Source: a virus (Duplodnaviria > Heunggongvirae > Uroviricota > Caudoviricetes). From it: a stretch of DNA of 10,322 nt. The notes below the pieces were generated by a model, which worked only from the letters and a program-made list of their open reading frames with translations, was not told where the DNA came from and searched no databases. A program made the translations under genes and the position numbers. The DNA is taken from IMG/VR virus record IMGVR_UViG_2526164646_000015. One strand, written 5' to 3'. Numbering within the stretch: position 1 is the stretch's first letter; every line of letters starts with the position of its first letter. Below, piece after piece: positions 7,070-10,322 of this stretch.

Positions 7070-7423
7070 TTGATTGAGTATTTGTTATACGGTCTAATGG
7101 TTTTTTCAGCATTAAGTATTTATCATTCATATGGTGTGGGTAGAGTGAATATTGATGAGGCGTCGGGGTGTTTCATCCTTAGGCAGCGTATTGATATAGT
7201 CAATGCAGCACGAGCAAAGGCCTTCAGCCGTTTGACAGTTTTGTTCTGTACTCCTGATCGTCTTTCGGGAAGAGACGTTATTATTCTGAATAGTGATGCT
7301 ATACAGAGGGTTTGCGATGAGTTCATGGTTGCTAATTCAGAATTATTTGCTCTTGTTCAGGAGTACAACAGAATAGCCAGGACCTGTGGTATGGATGAAC
7401 TTCGGATTACTCATCTGGGGTAG
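7070..7423 (+). CDS. Hypothetical protein (117 aa), hydrophobic N-terminus, unknown function; cargo (moron) ORF
   Basis: ORF from the track; TTG start at 7070 or ATG at 7097, neither with a convincing Shine-Dalgarno. Contains 3 AGA, 3 AGG and 3 AUA codons (6 of 11 Arg, 3 of 11 Ile). No family recognised. Confidence 0.35.
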   Translation: MIEYLLYGLMVFSALSIYHSYGVGRVNIDEASGCFILRQRIDIVNAARAKAFSRLTVLFCTPDRLSGRDVIILNSDAIQRVCDEFMVANSELFALVQEYNRIARTCGMDELRITHLG

Positions 7424-7503
7424 ATACATATCTGGATTATCACCTGTTACGGTAAAAAGTGATTGCTTACTGTTTTTGTTAATGGCATTGCAGCAGCCGG
7501 ATA

Positions 7504-7590
7504 ATGTCAGTGCCGGCTGACGGTGTGCTGGTGGCGGGTGTGGTGGTTGTTGCTTTCCCGTTGCTGAAAAAGAAAACGCCAGACTGTTAG
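7504..7590 (+). CDS. Candidate small hydrophobic peptide (28 aa: MSVPADGVLVAGVVVVAFPLLKKKTPDC), speculative
   Basis: Manually read ORF; ATG lies in the loop of a CAGCCGG..CCGGCTG hairpin; predicted single TM helix followed by KKK. Weak RBS; no homology recognised. Could be a chance ORF. Confidence 0.2.
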   Translation: MSVPADGVLVAGVVVVAFPLLKKKTPDC

Positions 7591-7815
7591 CCGGGTATCA
7601 GTTAGCGGGAGAAATTTTTAAATACTTCACAATTCAGGCGGTTGACTGTTGTCTGGTTTGCGGGGAGTTTGTTAAAAGAAACTGGCATGGTGAATCCCCC
7701 TGTGCGGAGGGGCAATCAGCGAGTAGGTATATGGGATAATCGCGGATTCAGGTGCTGGTACTGAATTCACCGGGAGGCACCCGGCACCATGGAATGGCAC
7801 ATAGCGCCACTCTCC

Positions 7816-7850
7816 AGCCCCTCTCCGGAGGGGCTGTTTATATTGATTTT
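7816..7850 (+). terminator. Intrinsic terminator (perfect 8-bp stem AGCCCCTC-TCCG-GAGGGGCT plus T-rich tail)
   Basis: Perfect palindrome 7816-7835 followed by GTTTATATTGATTTT; lies between the convergent + strand cargo ORFs and the stop codon (7871) of the - strand ORF. Confidence 0.6.
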
Positions 7851-7870
7851 GTCAGATGTGAGTAAACTCC

Positions 7871-8206
7871 TTATGGACTTTGTTGTTTTAGTCCATAAGG
7901 ACATATTTGCAGAGTGCAACGGTTATTAAAGCATTCATTCAATACGTTATCTGTATTTGTAGGGCATTCCTGGCTGTTTTTGATTAAATTCCAGAATGTT
8001 TTATTGAATGGTACTACGTTGTAAATGGTTACAGGTAGCACTTTGTTATTGAGCATGATGCCTGTGTGAGTCAGTGTAAATATACTTTCAGGAGGTAAGA
8101 AAGCATCCGATTGATACCAGATTATTAATTTTATTTTACTCCATATGACTGAAAAAGATATTCCGCATGATGGCTGGATAACTGTATCAATCACAATCCA
8201 CTTCAT
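7871..8206 (-). CDS. Hypothetical protein (111 aa), Trp/Cys-rich, unknown function; cargo (moron) ORF
   Basis: ATG at 8206 preceded on the - strand by AAGGA at 7-nt spacing; a TATACT -10-like element lies further upstream in very AT-rich DNA. No family recognised. Confidence 0.4.
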   Translation of the reverse strand: MKWIVIDTVIQPSCGISFSVIWSKIKLIIWYQSDAFLPPESIFTLTHTGIMLNNKVLPVTIYNVVPFNKTFWNLIKNSQECPTNTDNVLNECFNNRCTLQICPYGLKQQSP

Positions 8207-8450
8207 TTAGTTTCCTTGTTTATGCCTTGCTGGTGATGTTCTGAAAAGTATAAATGATATTTTTGAATTAAACCATAGAGCAGAATTATTTTTCTGATGT
8301 TGTTTATTGTTTATTTAAATGCAGGGTGGTTTATATCTCGTCTTGTAGTTTATCCATGCATATCTGCTTGATAATCAGGTTTTTATTTAAGGTATGGTTT
8401 TGTGTTTTTTCTGTATTACATGTCAGGTATTTTAAAGAATTATTTTTCAG

Positions 8451-8654
8451 ATGTTGGAAAGAACCATGGCATTTAAACACTATGATGTTGTCAGGGCGGC
8501 GCCGCCGTCAGATCTTGCGGAAAAGCTGACACATAAACTGAAAGAGGGCTGGCAGCCGTTTGGTAGTCCGGTGGCCATAACCCCTTATACCCTGATGCAG
8601 GCGATTGCAGCAGAAGGTGATGTGGTGGTCAGTGGTGCAACTGAGCCGGAGTGA
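8451..8654 (+). CDS. Small conserved-looking prophage protein (62-67 aa), unknown function; possibly DUF1737-like
   Basis: ORF MLERTMAFKHYDVVRAAPPSDLAEKLTHKLKEGWQPFGSPV..; the more likely start is ATG 8466 (MAFKHYDVV). The YDVV..LAEK..LKEGWQP.G pattern resembles small phage proteins I recall near lysis cassettes, but I cannot confirm the family without a search. Confidence 0.5.
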   Translation: MLERTMAFKHYDVVRAAPPSDLAEKLTHKLKEGWQPFGSPVAITPYTLMQAIAAEGDVVVSGATEPE

Positions 8655-8897
8655 TACTACGTCATCGTACTGGCCCGGCATTCCAGGCCATAAAAGACAG
8701 TCTGGCAGTGGGACTAAATGCACTGACGCTGACGGATATTACCAAAAATGCAACGTATGGCGTTGAGATAGAAAGTCTGGTGCTGGAGATAAATGCACCG
8801 GCATCATCATAAAAAGTGAGCCAGTCAAATGGAAGGTATCGTTAAACTCACCGGTAGTGTCAGTGGGTCGTCTGAGACGCTTGCATGAGTTATCAGA

Positions 8898-8928
8898 GCC
8901 ATCAGTAGTTAACTGGTGGCTTTTTTAT
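8898..8928 (+). terminator. Intrinsic terminator immediately upstream of the holin start
   Basis: GCCATCAG-TAGTTAA-CTGGTGGC (8-bp stem, one G-U) followed by TTTTTTATTGTTG; ends about 35 nt before the holin ATG. Confidence 0.6.
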
Positions 8929-8961
8929 TGTTGTCAGCTTCCGGATAACGGGAGACGGGGT

Positions 8962-9122
8962 ATGGACCAGATGGAAAAAATCACAACAGGTGTGTCATAC
9001 ACCACGTCAGCGGTGGGAACGGGCTACTGGTTCCTGCAGTTGCTGGACAGGGTTTCCCCGTCTCAGTGGGCGGCAATAGGCGTGCTGGGGAGTCTGCTGT
9101 TTGGGCTGCTGACATATCTGAC
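8962..9122 (+). pseudogene. Phage-21-type pinholin (S21-like class II holin) gene, 3' end removed by IS600 insertion
   Basis: ATG at 8962 with GGAG RBS; [54 protein letters not shown] aligns with remembered phage 21 S ([60 protein letters not shown]..). The frame enters IS600 at 9123 and the last 6 codons (EVYWQ*) are IS-encoded, so the charged C-terminal tail is lost. The tracked ORF start at 8857 is an upstream in-frame extension, not the real start. Confidence 0.75.
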
Positions 9123-9165
9123 TGAGGTGTACTGGCAATAGCGGACACTACCATTTGTTCTTTTT

Positions 9166-9984
9166 TTAAGCAGCCATCTGATGATATTTTTCCCTGAAGG
9201 CTGCCGGGGAGATATTCCCCAGACGAGAGTGACGACGCTGACGATTGTAGAAAATCTCAATGTATTCCCGTATTACTGAGATGGCTTCATCCCGGTTATT
9301 AAAACGATAGTGGCTCAGGCTCTCATTTTTCAGCGTTCCCCAGAAGCTTTCCATCGGAGCGTTGTCGTAACAGTTACCTTTACGCGACATTGATGTTTTC
9401 AGACCAGACTGCTCCTGTATGACCCGGTAATCGTATGCGCAGTACTGTGAACCTCGATCAGAGTGGTGGATTAGCCCGGCAGGTGGGCGCTGGCTCCTGA
9501 GCGCCATAAACAGGGCTTTACCTGTCAGCTCTTTTGTCATGCGCTCTCCCATGGCGTAGCCGACAATTTCGCACGTATAAACATCTTTGATGCCAGCGAG
9601 GTACAACCATCCCTCCTGTGTGGCAACATACGTCAGGTCCGCCACCCAGACCTGATTTGGTGCTGTAGGAGCGAACGTCTGGTTCAGCAGATTTGGCGCA
9701 ACTGGCAGATTGTGGTTCGGGTTCGTAGTCGCTCTGAACTTGCGTTTCTGCTTACAGCGTAGCCTCAGCTCCTTACGAAGACGTGCCAGTCGGTCACGAC
9801 CAACGATGATGCCATTCTCTGCCAGCTCCGTCTGGAGCCGCCGGGTTCCATATGTTTCGCGAGTGCGGATATGTGCCACCTTAATCTCCAGTTTTAGCCG
9901 CTCATCACTTTGTTTTCTGTCTGAGGGTTCATGCTGTACCCAGTTGTAATAACCGCTCCTGGATACACCAAATACCTGACACAT
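9166..9984 (-). CDS. IS600-like orfB transposase (DDE), IS3 family
   Basis: 272-aa ORF identical in translation to 1593..2411 (+). Confidence 0.9.
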   Translation of the reverse strand: MCQVFGVSRSGYYNWVQHEPSDRKQSDERLKLEIKVAHIRTRETYGTRRLQTELAENGIIVGRDRLARLRKELRLRCKQKRKFRATTNPNHNLPVAPNLLNQTFAPTAPNQVWVADLTYVATQEGWLYLAGIKDVYTCEIVGYAMGERMTKELTGKALFMALRSQRPPAGLIHHSDRGSQYCAYDYRVIQEQSGLKTSMSRKGNCYDNAPMESFWGTLKNESLSHYRFNNRDEAISVIREYIEIFYNRQRRHSRLGNISPAAFREKYHQMAA

Positions 9985-10019
9985 CGCTTCAATGGGAAAT
10001 TGTTGTCGCCATTGTTCGA

Positions 10020-10322
10020 TTAACGCGTATTTTTCAGCGACTCCTGTGCAAAATACGCTGTTGCTTTTTTTAATATATCTCGCTCAAGGCGAGCTTCATT
10101 TAACGCCTTACGCAGTTGCAGAATTTCAGATTCCAGTTCAGCCACCGTGCGGGAACCAGGAGTACCGAGCCCTTTTCTGGCGGCGGTAACCCATTGTCCT
10201 AAAGTGCCTTCAGGAAGAGATAATCGGGAAGCGCCTTCACTGATCGAAAGTTGATTTTCAAGAACCGTTCTGACAGCTTCGGCTTTGAACTCTTTAGAGT
10301 AACGTTGGGTTTTTCTGCTCAT
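10020..10322 (-). CDS. IS600-like orfA (HTH DNA-binding component of the OrfAB transposase)
   Basis: 100-aa ORF MSRKTQRYSKEFKAEAVRTVLENQLSISEGASRLSLPEGTLGQWV..ILKKATAYFAQESL has the IS3-family OrfA layout (HTH followed by leucine-zipper-like segment ending ..KKATAYFA); overlaps the orfB frame as expected for programmed -1 frameshifting. Confidence 0.9.
   Translation of the reverse strand: MSRKTQRYSKEFKAEAVRTVLENQLSISEGASRLSLPEGTLGQWVTAARKGLGTPGSRTVAELESEILQLRKALNEARLERDILKKATAYFAQESLKNTR

Larger units (their letters stand above)
9123..10322 (-). mobile_element. IS600-like (IS3 family) element, inverted relative to the left copy; outer end lies beyond the window
   Basis: Inner terminus TGAGGTGTACTGGCAATAGCGGACAC.. 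(reverse complement of the left-copy terminus); orfA and orfB both present on the - strand; the orfA start codon is the last 3 nt of the window, so the outer terminal repeat is not visible. Confidence 0.9.

Noticed and set aside
7123-7326. 67-aa ORF antisense to the 117-aa cargo ORF
   Set aside because: Fully embedded antisense frame; the + strand ORF is longer and has the rare-codon pattern matched by the adjacent tRNAs.
7642-7680. Apparent TTGACT -35 element
   Set aside because: No acceptable -10 hexamer at 16-18 bp spacing (nearest TTAAAA is about 24 bp away); not reported as a promoter.
8326-8723. ORFs 8326..8529 (+) and 8508..8723 (-)
   Set aside because: The first lies in the extremely AT-rich divergent promoter region and has a low-complexity Phe/Leu/Cys-rich translation; the second is antisense to the 8451..8654 ORF. 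Both look spurious.
8857-8961. N-terminal 35-codon extension of the holin ORF as given in the track
   Set aside because: The extension spans an intrinsic terminator hairpin and lacks an RBS, whereas ATG 8962 has GGAG at the correct spacing and aligns with the start of phage 21 S.
6960-9122. stxA/stxB or other known toxin genes in the Q-to-holin slot
   Set aside because: No ORF here resembles Shiga toxin A or B subunits (no MKIIIFRVL.. StxA-like frame and no roughly 89-aa B subunit frame); the cargo is something else.
9063-9260. 65-aa ORF (-) crossing the IS600/holin junction
   Set aside because: Chimeric frame spanning the IS terminus and antisense holin sequence; junction artefact.
9992-10189. 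65-aa ORF (+) inside IS600
   Set aside because: Antisense to IS600 orfA; no support.
1-10322. CRISPR arrays, rRNA genes, integrase or att sites
   Set aside because: No regularly spaced direct repeats, no rRNA-like sequence and no integrase ORF found; the prophage integration boundary is not in this window.

Overview
The window reads as a decayed, IS-riddled lambdoid prophage of the Qin type from an Escherichia/Shigella-like genome. All identifications are from reading the sequence and recalling protein families; no database search was run. Left to right: an AT-rich intergenic stretch; the 3' fragment of a FimH-family fimbrial adhesin gene cut off by an iso-IS1 (764-1530); a 5'-truncated IS600 copy (1531-2454) abutting that IS1; the relB-relE-hokD toxin-antitoxin cluster with its relO operator; rem; a small unannotated ORF; ydfU (DUF968); a RusA-like resolvase; a large Q-like antiterminator with DnaJ-type zinc-finger repeats; a PR'-like promoter and tR'-like terminator; tRNA-Ile(CAU) and tRNA-Arg(UCU); a roughly 1.9 kb AT-rich cargo (moron) region with three ORFs of unknown function plus a candidate small hydrophobic peptide; a phage-21-type pinholin gene truncated by a second, inverted IS600 copy (9123 to window end). 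The most interesting part is the uncharacterised cargo cassette (about 6960-8960) sitting in the slot where Shiga-toxin phages carry stx, immediately downstream of rare-codon tRNAs whose codons are enriched in at least the first cargo ORF. Secondary points are a probably lysis-defective prophage, inverted IS600 copies bracketing the whole 6.7 kb segment, and an IS1 copy that looks transposition-defective.
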